In this document: in pieces, positions 28,663 to 38,497 of the stretch
How positions within the stretch are numbered: the first letter of the stretch is position 1
Layout of the letters: every line of letters begins with the position of its first letter
Origin: Polyangiaceae bacterium
Lineage (GTDB): Bacteria; Myxococcota_A; Polyangia; Polyangiales; Polyangiaceae
Length of the DNA stretch: 64,000 nt
NCBI GenBank assembly: GCA_044376115.1
Contig: JBILLK010000038.1
Span: 1 to 64,000 of the forward strand
Direction: 5' to 3'
The notes under the pieces: generated by a model
What the model saw: the letters and a program-made list of their open reading frames with translations, nothing else
Database searches by the model: none
Told to the model about the DNA's origin: nothing
Position numbers and translations under genes: made by a program

Positions 28663-29576
28663 GCACGCTGTCGCAATTGCTGAGCGCGCGGACGTGGGCG
28701 CTCGCCGGACTGGTCGTACTCGGAGCCGCATGCGGAGACTCCGGGACCGAGGGCTCAGGCATCGCGCGCGTACGAGTGAGCGGTGAGGGCGCGGCGAAGA
28801 GCGGCTATCCGTACGATCGTCAAGGCGTCCAGATCGCGTTCGCTGATGGGTGGACGCTCGAGTTCGAGAAGGTGCTGGTCAGCTTGAGCGAGCTCGAGCT
28901 CGCCGCGGGTGAGGACAGCGTAGCGAGCGACCGCAGCTGGGTGGTGGACCTGCACCTTGGGGATCCCGAGCTCGAAGAGCTGGCCGATCTCGCTCCGCAG
29001 CGGTGGGAGTCCTTCGGCTTCGTGATCGCGCCCCCGACGGCAACTAGCGAGCCCGGCGACGGCGTCGCCTCGGCCGATCTCGAGCGCATGATCGGCGAAG
29101 GGCTCGGCTATCTCGTGGTGGGCTCGGCGACGCATCCCGACCGCGGGACCATCACGTTCGAGTGGGGGTTGCCAATCGCGGTGCGGCACCGCAACTGTAC
29201 CAACGGCGTCGACGGGACGGCGGGGATCGTCGTCCGCGAGAACAGCGCGACCGACGCCGAGATCACCGTCCACATGGACCACATTTTCTGGGACACGCTG
29301 GGAACCGAGAAGGCGCAGCTACGGTTCGATCCGATCTGGGGCGCCGACGTGGATGAAAACGGCGAGGTCACGACGGAAGAGCTCTCGGCCCAACGGATCA
29401 GCGCCCTCACCGATCCGAAGGGCGCTCCGCTGCTCGATGAGGAGGGGGCCCCGCTCGTCTACGACCCGGGGTCACTGCCGCTGCCGGACAAAAACCTCTA
29501 CGAGTTCATCCTCCTTTCGACGGCATCGATGGCTCATCTCAACGGGCTAGGGCTCTGCTCTGTCGAGCGGCTTTGA
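28659..29576 (+). CDS. Receptor-associated lipoprotein
   Basis: ATGA overlap; GAAC lipobox; FADGW, TVHMDHIFWD, HLNGLGLC. Confidence 0.85.
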   Translation: MSTLSQLLSARTWALAGLVVLGAACGDSGTEGSGIARVRVSGEGAAKSGYPYDRQGVQIAFADGWTLEFEKVLVSLSELELAAGEDSVASDRSWVVDLHLGDPELEELADLAPQRWESFGFVIAPPTATSEPGDGVASADLERMIGEGLGYLVVGSATHPDRGTITFEWGLPIAVRHRNCTNGVDGTAGIVVRENSATDAEITVHMDHIFWDTLGTEKAQLRFDPIWGADVDENGEVTTEELSAQRISALTDPKGAPLLDEEGAPLVYDPGSLPLPDKNLYEFILLSTASMAHLNGLGLCSVERL

Positions 29577-29663
29577 AGCGGCGCCGCGGCACGCTGAGCG
29601 CATCGAGCCTGAGAAACGTGGATTTGCGCAAAACGCGCGTCACCGATGTCTCCCCAGGCCGCT

Positions 29664-31463
29664 TCAGGCGGGCCGAGCGGCTCGCAGGTTGTTCATGATG
29701 GCGCTGAGGGCCCACGCAGACATGGCGACGACCATCGCCCAAGGGCCCCACGAGGGCTGCGCCAAGCTCGCGAAGAAGCACGCGATCATCACGCCCGCCT
29801 GGGGCGCCGCGCGCCGATCGTAGGTACCCACGAAGTACACGAGCAGGCCGGCGAACGTCAGCAGGGTGCCCAAGTACACAGCCTCGGACGAGAGCCCCAA
29901 CCGCATGCACACGAGCACCCAGAACAAAGCCGCCGCCTGACCGATCGCACCGCCGAGGACGTTGGTCCGATGGGCGAGGCTCTGAAGCGACGCGGCCCCT
30001 TGACGCAGTACGAAGACAGCGGAGAGCAGCAAGCTGGTCGCGAAGAAGAGGCCGAAGGGCCAGAGACCTCGCGGCGGCCACAATGCGAAGCCGAGCCAAC
30101 ACAAGGGCCAGATCGGTCCGAACACCACGAGCAGCAGCCGCCGACGAGAGGCGTCGTGGGTCACGTCGGCGCCTTGCAGCGCAAGACTCGCCCGCCGCTT
30201 CTCCGCTTCGTGCGCGCTCATCGCCTCGCGGACGCGGCCCTGCAGCGCGGGCGGGACGATCTCCAGCTCGAGCAGCCGGTTCGCTGCGAGCTCAGGCAAG
30301 CCTTGCTCGAGCGCGAGTTCGACGCGTCGTACAGCTACGTCGCGCAGGCCTTGCAGGGCCGTGGGGTTCTCGGCCCAGATCTCGAGCGCAGCCCGAAAGC
30401 GCAGCTCGGCCTCGACGAGCTCGGGCTCCGAGGCCAAGCCCGTCGCCAGGTCTCGTGCCGCCGAGCTAGCGAGGGTCGATGATCCGCGGTGCCGGAGAAA
30501 GTCTTCGACGCCGGCGCGAAATTCGTCGGCCGAGAGCATTCGCTCGGTCACGTCCGGTTGCAGCGCAGCGTCGACCAGCGCGCGCAGCTCGTCCGGCACG
30601 TCCGCGGCGAGTGGCGCGTACGCGCGCTTCCGAGGTTGTGCGCGCGCTCGATCCGGATCCTGCGACGCGAACGGTGGCTCGCCCGAGATCACTTGGTACA
30701 ACGTGGCTCCCAGCTGAAATACGTCGCTCCATGGCCCCTGCGCGTCGGCGTCGCCTTCGAGCTGCTCGGGCGACATGTACGCGAGCGTCCCTGCGATCGG
30801 TGCGTCGTCGACCTGCGGCAGATCGGCGTCCCCTTCGCCCCAGGAGGCTGCGACGCCCCAATCCAACAGCGTGACCTCGCCGCGGTGACCAATCATCACG
30901 TTGCTCGGCTTGATGTCGCGATGCACGATCCCATGTTCGTGGGCGAAGGCGGCGGCGCGAGCGACGTCGCACAGGACGCGCAGGTTCCACTCGAACAGCT
31001 CCTCGCCGAACGACTCCCGCACGCGCGCGGCGTCCTCCATGATGCGCGACCAGGGCTCGCCGCGCAGGTGCTTCATCACCACCCGGACGCAGCCATCCAG
31101 CTCGCCGATCACGTCGTGGATCGGCACGATGTTTGGGTGTTCGAGCCGCGCCGTGAGCTTCGCCTCGCGAAACAGCCGCGACTGATCGAGCGCATCGGGT
31201 CGGCGCGCGACCTTCACCGCGACGGGTCGTGACAGCCGCGTCTGCGCGCCGCTCCACACCACGGCCATGCCCCCAGCGCCGATCTGAGCTTCGAGCGTCA
31301 CGCTCGCGTCGGACGGCGCCTTCGTCGTGACCGGCTCGAGGATGTGCTGGGCCAGGACCGAAAGCTGGTTGCGAGCCTCGACGGCGGTGTCTCGGTCCCT
31401 GCTCGATTCGCCTGTCACCCCTCGATCGGGGCCTCCGACCTCTGTGTTCGGAACGGAGCCCAC
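29664..31463 (-). CDS. Hanks-type Ser/Thr protein kinase with C-terminal multi-pass membrane region
   Basis: GAGGMA, VAVK, HRDIKPSN, DWG, GTLAYMSPEQ; about 5-6 hydrophobic helices at the C-terminus. Confidence 0.92.
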   Translation of the reverse strand: MGSVPNTEVGGPDRGVTGESSRDRDTAVEARNQLSVLAQHILEPVTTKAPSDASVTLEAQIGAGGMAVVWSGAQTRLSRPVAVKVARRPDALDQSRLFREAKLTARLEHPNIVPIHDVIGELDGCVRVVMKHLRGEPWSRIMEDAARVRESFGEELFEWNLRVLCDVARAAAFAHEHGIVHRDIKPSNVMIGHRGEVTLLDWGVAASWGEGDADLPQVDDAPIAGTLAYMSPEQLEGDADAQGPWSDVFQLGATLYQVISGEPPFASQDPDRARAQPRKRAYAPLAADVPDELRALVDAALQPDVTERMLSADEFRAGVEDFLRHRGSSTLASSAARDLATGLASEPELVEAELRFRAALEIWAENPTALQGLRDVAVRRVELALEQGLPELAANRLLELEIVPPALQGRVREAMSAHEAEKRRASLALQGADVTHDASRRRLLLVVFGPIWPLCWLGFALWPPRGLWPFGLFFATSLLLSAVFVLRQGAASLQSLAHRTNVLGGAIGQAAALFWVLVCMRLGLSSEAVYLGTLLTFAGLLVYFVGTYDRRAAPQAGVMIACFFASLAQPSWGPWAMVVAMSAWALSAIMNNLRAARPA

Positions 31464-31470
31464 GGCGGGG

Positions 31471-32313
31471 ATGCTAACGGACGCCTTATCGCTCTACAAT
31501 GCGCCGGTGGGGCAAGACGAAGCCTTCAGCGTGTTCGCAGAGCGGTGCGCCGCCGCGTGGCCGACGCTCGCAGTCGAGCCAGCGCTTCTGCGTCGCCACC
31601 TCGCCTGTGTCTTCCTCGAGGGGTCGGTCGAGCTGAGCACGCTGCACACGGATTTGCTCTTGGCGTGTGCGAGCCTCGAGGGAATCGCCGGAGCGCGCGA
31701 GCTGCTCGAGACGCACGCGCTGGCGGACGCTCCGAAGGCCGCGCGCCGGGTCGCGAAGGAGGACCACCTGGTCGAGGAGGTGGTCGCGGATTTGCGGCTC
31801 GCCCTGCTCAGCCCGATCGGTGATAAGGCTCCGCTGCTCACCCGCTACCAAGGCCGCGGCCCGCTGAAGTCCTTCGTGCTCGTCCTCGCGACGCGGCGCA
31901 CCTTGGATCGCAAGCGACGTCAGCGCGAGGTGCCGACCGATCGTCCCGACACCGGCGTCCTCTCGAAGAGCTTCGTCGACGGTGGTGAGCGTCAGCGGCT
32001 CGGGGAGGAGTTCCTGGTCGTGTTCAAGAAGCACCTCGACCGGCTGCCCGCCCGCGAGCGCTCGGTCCTTCGCGACCACGTGGTAAAGGGCGTCACGCTG
32101 GACACCCTGGCCCGCACCCACGGCGCCCACCGCGCCACCGTCGCCCGCTGGATCGCGTCCGCCAAACAGGCCGTATTCGATGCGACCCGAGCGGAGCTGA
32201 GCGAGCGAAAGAGCTGGGGCTCGGACACCTTCCAGTCCTTCGCCCGTCAGGCCGTGGACATCGACGCGACGCTGTCGACCTTCCTCGGCGAGGGAACGAC
32301 GACCGAGGGTTAG
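31471..32313 (+). CDS. ECF-like sigma-70 factor with N-terminal extension; start at 31471 or 31507
   Basis: DLLLACA, RYQGRGPL (region 2-like), LPARERSVL...HRATVARW (region 4 HTH). Confidence 0.8.
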   Translation: MLTDALSLYNAPVGQDEAFSVFAERCAAAWPTLAVEPALLRRHLACVFLEGSVELSTLHTDLLLACASLEGIAGARELLETHALADAPKAARRVAKEDHLVEEVVADLRLALLSPIGDKAPLLTRYQGRGPLKSFVLVLATRRTLDRKRRQREVPTDRPDTGVLSKSFVDGGERQRLGEEFLVVFKKHLDRLPARERSVLRDHVVKGVTLDTLARTHGAHRATVARWIASAKQAVFDATRAELSERKSWGSDTFQSFARQAVDIDATLSTFLGEGTTTEG

Positions 32314-32396
32314 TGCCGCCCTTGGCGCAAGCGACCAGCTGCAAGCGGCGCGAACACCCCGCTAGCTCGGCGACGAACAGCGTCGGCCAGCAGGGC

Positions 32397-33002
32397 TCAG
32401 CGCTTGAGCAGCCCAATCACGAGCGCTTCCAGCACCGCGTGAGCACCGTCGGCGTCGAGCGTCGGGTCAATCATGCTTCGAACCACGAGGCCGTCCGAGG
32501 CGGCCATGATCACCGCCGCGAGTCCTTCTGCGCCGACCGGGAGTGGCTCGCTCAAGCTGCTCGTGACGCCCAACACGATCGCGGCCAGGTGCGCCCGCAT
32601 CTCGCGCGTCAACTGCGCGAGCTCTCGCGCCAGCGCTGGATCGCGCAGCGACATCGCCGTGAGGTCCGCGAACACCTTGTACCAACCCGACTGCTCCATC
32701 GAGCGTGCACGGGACCAGGCGAACAAAAGCTTGGTCCTCTCCACCGGGTCGCCCGGTAACTCCACGGAGGCCATGTCGACTCGGAACTGTTCACAACAGC
32801 TGCGCACGACTTCGACAATCAACGCCTCCTTCGTCGCGAAGTAGTAGTGAACCAGGCCAGGAGCCACGCCGGCCGCTTTGGCGATCTCTTTGATCGACGC
32901 TGCGTGGCTGCCCTGATTGGCCAGCACCTCGAAGGCCGCCCGCACGATGCTGTCGGCCTTCGCGGAGCCTGGCTTGGCCGCTTTCAGTCGTGGTTCAGAC
33001 AC
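32397..33002 (-). CDS. TetR-family regulator
   Basis: SIKEIAKAAGVAPGLVHYYFATKEAL. Confidence 0.92.
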   Translation of the reverse strand: MSEPRLKAAKPGSAKADSIVRAAFEVLANQGSHAASIKEIAKAAGVAPGLVHYYFATKEALIVEVVRSCCEQFRVDMASVELPGDPVERTKLLFAWSRARSMEQSGWYKVFADLTAMSLRDPALARELAQLTREMRAHLAAIVLGVTSSLSEPLPVGAEGLAAVIMAASDGLVVRSMIDPTLDADGAHAVLEALVIGLLKR

Positions 33003-34204
33003 GCCTGCAGCTCGGCCGAGCACTCGTTGATCGGATCGGCGTGGGTGAGCAGACAGCTAACGCCCGCCGATACGTACGGACCTTCTTCTGGCGCCGACTC
33101 GAAGATGCAGTCGGTCAAGCCCTGCAAGAACCCGTCGAAGGAGCCTTGATCAATCTTCTGAATGCAGCCGAGCGTGTCGCCACACGTCGCTTCCCCGAAG
33201 CCCTCCCACTGGGCCGCCATGCTTTGCGTATCCAAGATGTTCTCAGGGTCGGTCGAGCAAAGGCTGACGTGGTCCTGGGCTGGCCAGTAGGAGCCGATGA
33301 ACATGCACATCTCGTCGGTCGTACGTGGGCCTTGCCAGATCGTCCGGTCTTCGGTGTTTTGGTAGTCGCACTTGAACTCGATCTGACTGCCGGCTTTGAC
33401 TGGAAGGCCGCCATCCCAGCGCTCGACCGGAACGGCCTCCCAGGTGCTGTTCTCGTAAAGCTTCTCGCGCGTGCCATCGGGCGCGATCAGGCTTGCTTCA
33501 TAGCCCATGCCGCGTTTGTGCATGTGGCTTTGGGCGTTCTCGAGCGTCACGTCGCTGGGCAGCGGACACGTCATCTGCGCTAAACCGCCGCCCTTCGCCG
33601 CAACCTTGATGAACGGGTTGTACCAAAACAAAAGCCCGCCCTCATGCTCGACCTGTTCATCCGGAATCGAGTGCAGGTTGATAGCCGCCTCCGGCTGGAC
33701 CGCATCGCCCGAGGCATTGATGTAATGCGCGTTCATCAGCAGCACCGCGTTGGGCTTCACTTTGATCGCCACGTTTTCTGGGAAGGTGATCGACGAGTCT
33801 CCGTCGGCGTTCTGTGAACCAGCCAACAGGCTCGTGAGCTTCCAGCGAAAGTTCACGCCCTCCGAACAATCAAAAACGCCGGAGGTGTCAACCGTGTCCC
33901 CTTGCTCATCCACCGTCGGGATCTCGGTGTACTCGGTGTTGTAGAGCAGCACGTGGTGACTGCCGCCCGAGTACTTCACCTCGTCCCGGTTGACGTTGAT
34001 GCCCTCCGCGGGGGCTCTCACGAACTGACAATGCTCGACTTCGGTCCCCGCCTCGACGGTGGTCACCATCGAGAATTGAACGCCTTTGCCCTCCGCGGGC
34101 GGCTCGAGCAACGGGGGCGTAGGATCGACCGGTGCACTGGTCTCCTCGCTACAAGCCGCAGCGACCAAAGCGACCATACCGACAAACGTGTTGAAGCGAC
34201 GCAT
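32984..34204 (-). CDS. Copper type II (PHM/DBH-like) monooxygenase lipoprotein
   Basis: SHH, later H (NAHY), HMH and EMC copper-ligand pattern; AAAC lipobox. Confidence 0.85.
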   Translation of the reverse strand: MRRFNTFVGMVALVAAACSEETSAPVDPTPPLLEPPAEGKGVQFSMVTTVEAGTEVEHCQFVRAPAEGINVNRDEVKYSGGSHHVLLYNTEYTEIPTVDEQGDTVDTSGVFDCSEGVNFRWKLTSLLAGSQNADGDSSITFPENVAIKVKPNAVLLMNAHYINASGDAVQPEAAINLHSIPDEQVEHEGGLLFWYNPFIKVAAKGGGLAQMTCPLPSDVTLENAQSHMHKRGMGYEASLIAPDGTREKLYENSTWEAVPVERWDGGLPVKAGSQIEFKCDYQNTEDRTIWQGPRTTDEMCMFIGSYWPAQDHVSLCSTDPENILDTQSMAAQWEGFGEATCGDTLGCIQKIDQGSFDGFLQGLTDCIFESAPEEGPYVSAGVSCLLTHADPINECSAELQACLNHD

Positions 34205-34300
34205 CCTGCCTCGTATTGGTTGAACGACCAACCAAAGCTACCGCCGTTGGGAATCCCGTGTCAACGGGCCTTTCTTTAGCGCCTATCGTGCTCCCATCGC

Positions 34301-34402
34301 GAGGATGGGAGCTCCAACTGGACGTTTTGTTGAATTCAAGCGCCCATCTCCTACCGATGGGTTTCCGAACTCAACAATACGTCCACTTCGACCGCCGATC
34401 CC
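34301..34402. repeat. Palindromic intergenic element, diverged copy
   Basis: GGACGTTTTGTTGAATT...GAACTCAACAATACGTCC; homologous to the copies at 44072 and 45002. Confidence 0.8.
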
Positions 34403-34426
34403 CAGCACCGTGTGACGACTTTGGCC

Positions 34427-35770
34427 ATGAGCGACCCACTGTTCACGTTGCAAGGTGCCTCACGTGCGCAGACAGCCGAGGGCGTTTGCTGGTTCTACTC
34501 CGATGCGCATGCCATCAGCGCGCTCGACCTCGCAGCCAACAAAGTCCTGGTGAGCTTTCCGTCGGAGCACTCGTGGTTCGGCGTCGGAAGTTCGGCGCTC
34601 TTGGTTGGAACCGAAGTGCTTGACCGGCACGGAAAGCGGAAGGCGCGTCTCGCGCTGGCTGAGCTTGAAGCGAGCGTAAAGTATCTTCACACCCGCAGCA
34701 TTGATGACGCGGGAACGGTGGCGGTCGGAAGCTTGATCGACGAGCTCTTGGTGTGGGATGCGCGCACCGGCAAGCTGCTCCACCGCGAGACGATCGCGAA
34801 GCTCAACCAGGTTGCAGTCGACCCGCTGGGCTCTACCGTCGCCATCAGCCGATGGTAAAAGCCCCTGCAGCTGCTCGACCTCAAGACCTTCACCAAACGG
34901 ACTGTCGATGGCGTGATGAACGCGACCAGCATGTCTCTTCGCTGGTCGCCCGATGCAAAGCGGCTCGTGGCTTATGACCTCAACAAGGGGTTCCTTGTCG
35001 ATCCCAAGGCTGGGACTCCGATTGGAACCCCTTTCAAGCTTAAGGGCGCCTCAGGAGCTGCGTTCTTACTCGGTCGCTCGCTGCTGCTCGTCGCCCAGGG
35101 GAAGAAGCTCAGCGCGTTCGATGCAGACAGCGGTGCCCCCGGGATCGAGCTGAAGCTGCCCGCAAAGGAGGTCGCCGTCTCGAAAGACGATCGATACGTG
35201 ATTGCGGTCGACGGCAACCGGGTGCTCTCGGTGTGGAGCCCCGAGGAGTTACTCGGCCAAACGAAGCCCGCGGCAGCGAAGCCGAAGAAGCCAACCGCTC
35301 CGCCCGCCGCTCGCCCAACCACGCCGCAGGCCACGTCGACCGGAGTCTACTTCGGTATCAGCTCGAAGAACTCACACGAGACGGTCCTCGCTGCAGGACG
35401 AGCACTGCATCACATTCTCGACCGCCAACCGCCGAACTTCGCTGTGCGCGTGGTGACCATCGACGAGACGACCTGGTTTAGCTTCGTCGGGACGCGTGGC
35501 CGGAACTACCTGCTCGAGCCTTGGATCGAGGTGCTGATGGAGACCTTGCAGGGACCGCTCATCGTGATCCTCCGCCAGGGTGAAGACCTGTTTGCACAAC
35601 GCTACACCACGCCGTGGGACGCCGAGCCGGTCGAGGTCGACGACGCGCATCTCGGGACCCGTGATGTCTCCGAACCGTGGATGTTGGTGGAGGGAGGAAA
35701 ACGGCCCGCCGTGAAAAAGCCCGTGACGAAGAAGCCCCTCGCGAAGTCGAGTAAGAAAACAGCGAAGTAG
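34427..35770 (+). pseudogene. WD40/beta-propeller protein interrupted by an in-frame TAA at 34856-34858
   Basis: The two ORFs share a frame and read ...VAISRW*KPLQLLDL...; VWD, WSPD, VWS propeller motifs. Confidence 0.75.
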
Positions 35771-36694
35771 TCAAGCGCGCGGGTGAAGCTTAGGGAGACC
35801 GAGGGCGCGCGCGGCCCAGTGAAGTGCTGGTTCGAGCTGCTGGCGCTGAACCTCGCGCACTCGCGGGGCGAGCGGAACTTGGGGCAGCCCAGCGCGGGCA
35901 GCGAAGAAGCCACTGACGAAGGCGGCAACCTCCGGAGAGCTCGGTAGCGTAGCTTCCGGAGCGGGGCCGCCCTCCGCCTCGAGGCTCGGCAGCCAAAAGC
36001 CCGTGTCGAGCGCGCCGTTGCCAGCGCAGGCGAAGTTCCAGTCAATGAGCACCACGCCGCGGCTCGCTCGGCAGAGGTTGTCACTTCGCACGTCGAAGTG
36101 AGTGAGCTCCTCCCCTTCGATCACTACCCGAGCGCTCGCCGCGATCAGCTCCGGCAGTGCGGTATCGAGCCAAGCCGAGCTCGCAAGCTCCAGTCCCAAG
36201 AAGGGCGCTGGATCGTTGGCAACGAGCTGCCAGCCATCTCCGAGGTCGCCGTGAACTTCGGCAAAGGTACGCAGAGGAGCTCGCGTCTCGTGGATGGCAT
36301 GCAGCGTCGCGCGCACCTCATCCACGAGCTCGGGGCTCCACGGAGGAGGCCAGTGTGCAGCCTTCAGATCCTCGAGCAGGAGCAGCGGAGCCTCTTCATC
36401 GTCTTCCCAAGCGATGAGCTCGGGCATGAAGGGGGCCCGCAGCGCGTCATAGGCCCGCCATTCGAGTCGAAGCGCGTCGGCCGTGTACGGCGTGGTTCCC
36501 AGCTTCGCGAACACGCTCCTCCCCGATTGCAAGCGGACCAACCATCGGCCTGCAGGGGTGTAGCCGCCCGAAACGGCAGCCGCGGTCAGCACGCGATCAG
36601 CGAGCAGCCGCTCCACCCGTTCGCGCAACGCCTGGTGCCATTGGCCATTCGCATGATCCTCCCCGCTCTTTGTCGGCTTACGTTCGGTCGACAT
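35771..36694 (-). CDS. Aminoglycoside phosphotransferase/choline kinase-like protein
   Basis: VFAK, LLEDL, HFDVRSDN, LIDW. Confidence 0.88.
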   Translation of the reverse strand: MSTERKPTKSGEDHANGQWHQALRERVERLLADRVLTAAAVSGGYTPAGRWLVRLQSGRSVFAKLGTTPYTADALRLEWRAYDALRAPFMPELIAWEDDEEAPLLLLEDLKAAHWPPPWSPELVDEVRATLHAIHETRAPLRTFAEVHGDLGDGWQLVANDPAPFLGLELASSAWLDTALPELIAASARVVIEGEELTHFDVRSDNLCRASRGVVLIDWNFACAGNGALDTGFWLPSLEAEGGPAPEATLPSSPEVAAFVSGFFAARAGLPQVPLAPRVREVQRQQLEPALHWAARALGLPKLHPRA

Positions 36695-36861
36695 CAGCCG
36701 AGCATAGCAATCGAAACGCTGGCGAGGGCCACGCGAGAGGGCGAGTCGGACCTACGTCGTCACCGTCCGTCGACAGCCGGACCACCGCGCATACATACCA
36801 AGCGCGTCAGGCTGATTCGCGCGTTGTAGGCGATGGCGATTCTTGTACCTTTGCAGGCAGG

Positions 36862-38496
36862 ATGCGACCAACGACGGTGATGAAGCGATGGCGTCGGGGC
36901 GTGATTTCCCTTTTGGCGCTCTCTGGGTGCATCGGCCAAATCGGCGAGGACGCGGGTGAGGCTGGGACCTCCGGTGGCCCGGGTCCCACGTCCGAGGTGC
37001 TCGGCTCGCCGAACTTTCGCAGGCTGTCCAGCCACGAGGTAGAACAGACGCTCGAGGACGTGCTCGTCGAGTTCGGCATCAGCGCGACGGCCGACGATCT
37101 GCTGCTGCCTGCTCCGGACGTGCGCTACTCGTTCTCCAACACCGCTGACTCCGGCAACCTCGGCACGATGCAGATCCAGAGCATCATGTCGTGGGCCGAG
37201 TCGGTGTCGGCGCTGTTCGTCGCAGATGCGCCCGCAGTGCTCGGCTGCACGCCGACGCCGGTGTGGGACGGATGTGTGAGCGACTTCGCGTCGCGTCTCG
37301 GACGGCTGACGTATCGCCGACCGCTCGCCGAGGAGGAGCTAGCGACGTTCCAAGCCGTCTACGAGGCCGTTATGGCGCAACCGGAGCAGCCGACCGACGG
37401 GGTTCGGGCGGTGGTCGAGCTGGCCTTTCAGAGCCCCCACCACTGGTACCTCTCGAACGAGACGCGGCCCAACTCGCAGCAGCTGACCTCCCACGCGATC
37501 GCCGGTCGGCTCTCCTACTTTCTCTGGGGTTCGATGCCCGACGCGGCACTCCGCGACGCAGCCGACGGCGACCAGCTGAGCACACCCGAACAGGTTCGGG
37601 CGCAAGCGGAACGGCTGCTCGATGATCCGCGCGCCGAAGTGGTCATCAAGCGCTTCCACCGCGAGTGGCTGCACGTCGACAGCGCCACCACCCTCAGCAA
37701 GAACCCTTCGATCTATCCGAGCTTCGACGCGGAGCTCGCTGCGGACATGGACCAAGAGTTCGACATGTTCGCGGTGCGCGCCGTGTCGGAAGGTTCGGTC
37801 CCGGATCTCTTGGCCGGCCGCGAGACCTTCGTGAATTCGCGCCTCGAGGGCTTGTTCGGAGTCAGCGGCTCCTCGTCCGGCCCCGACGACTGGGTCCTGC
37901 GACCGCTCGAGGATCGCGCCGGCATCCTCGGTCGCCCGCTGTTCCTCGCCAACACGGCCGGAACAGGCGAGTCGGCGCTGGTGCACCGCGGAGTCGCGGT
38001 GGTGGAGAAGTACCTCTGCCAAAAGCTCGAGATCCCCGCCGACATCGCTGACGAGATCGTCCCCATCCCGCCCGACGCGACCTCGGGCAAGATGGTCGCC
38101 GTCGAGGATCGCGCCTCGAAAGCCAAGTGCTCCGTCTGCCACGATACGATCGATCCGATCGGCATCTCCTTCGAGGTGTTCGACGCCATCGGGGCCTACC
38201 GCGAGAGCTACCCGGACGGCGTTTCGATCGATCCATCGGGCGAGCTCGAGGCAGGCCTCGTCCCGGAATCGGTCAGCTACGCTTCGTCGCTCGAGCTGCT
38301 CACCGCCCTCGCCTCGCAGCCGCAGGCGCAAACCTGCTACGCGTCGCGCTGGGTCGAATGGTCGACGGGCCATCACCCAACCGGGGACACCTTGCGTGAG
38401 GTCGAACGCCTAGCCGAACACGGGCCCGTGTCGATCCGTGCGCTGCTCCTCGAGGTCGCCGCCTCTCCCCTACTCACTCATCGCGAGGACTTCTGA
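36862..38496 (+). CDS. DUF1592/DUF1588/DUF1595-domain protein with one CxxCH
   Basis: RRLS..E, RLSYFLWGSMPD, LVHRG, CSVCH, DPIG...FDAIG. Confidence 0.88.
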   Translation: MRPTTVMKRWRRGVISLLALSGCIGQIGEDAGEAGTSGGPGPTSEVLGSPNFRRLSSHEVEQTLEDVLVEFGISATADDLLLPAPDVRYSFSNTADSGNLGTMQIQSIMSWAESVSALFVADAPAVLGCTPTPVWDGCVSDFASRLGRLTYRRPLAEEELATFQAVYEAVMAQPEQPTDGVRAVVELAFQSPHHWYLSNETRPNSQQLTSHAIAGRLSYFLWGSMPDAALRDAADGDQLSTPEQVRAQAERLLDDPRAEVVIKRFHREWLHVDSATTLSKNPSIYPSFDAELAADMDQEFDMFAVRAVSEGSVPDLLAGRETFVNSRLEGLFGVSGSSSGPDDWVLRPLEDRAGILGRPLFLANTAGTGESALVHRGVAVVEKYLCQKLEIPADIADEIVPIPPDATSGKMVAVEDRASKAKCSVCHDTIDPIGISFEVFDAIGAYRESYPDGVSIDPSGELEAGLVPESVSYASSLELLTALASQPQAQTCYASRWVEWSTGHHPTGDTLREVERLAEHGPVSIRALLLEVAASPLLTHREDF

Positions 38497-38497
38497 T

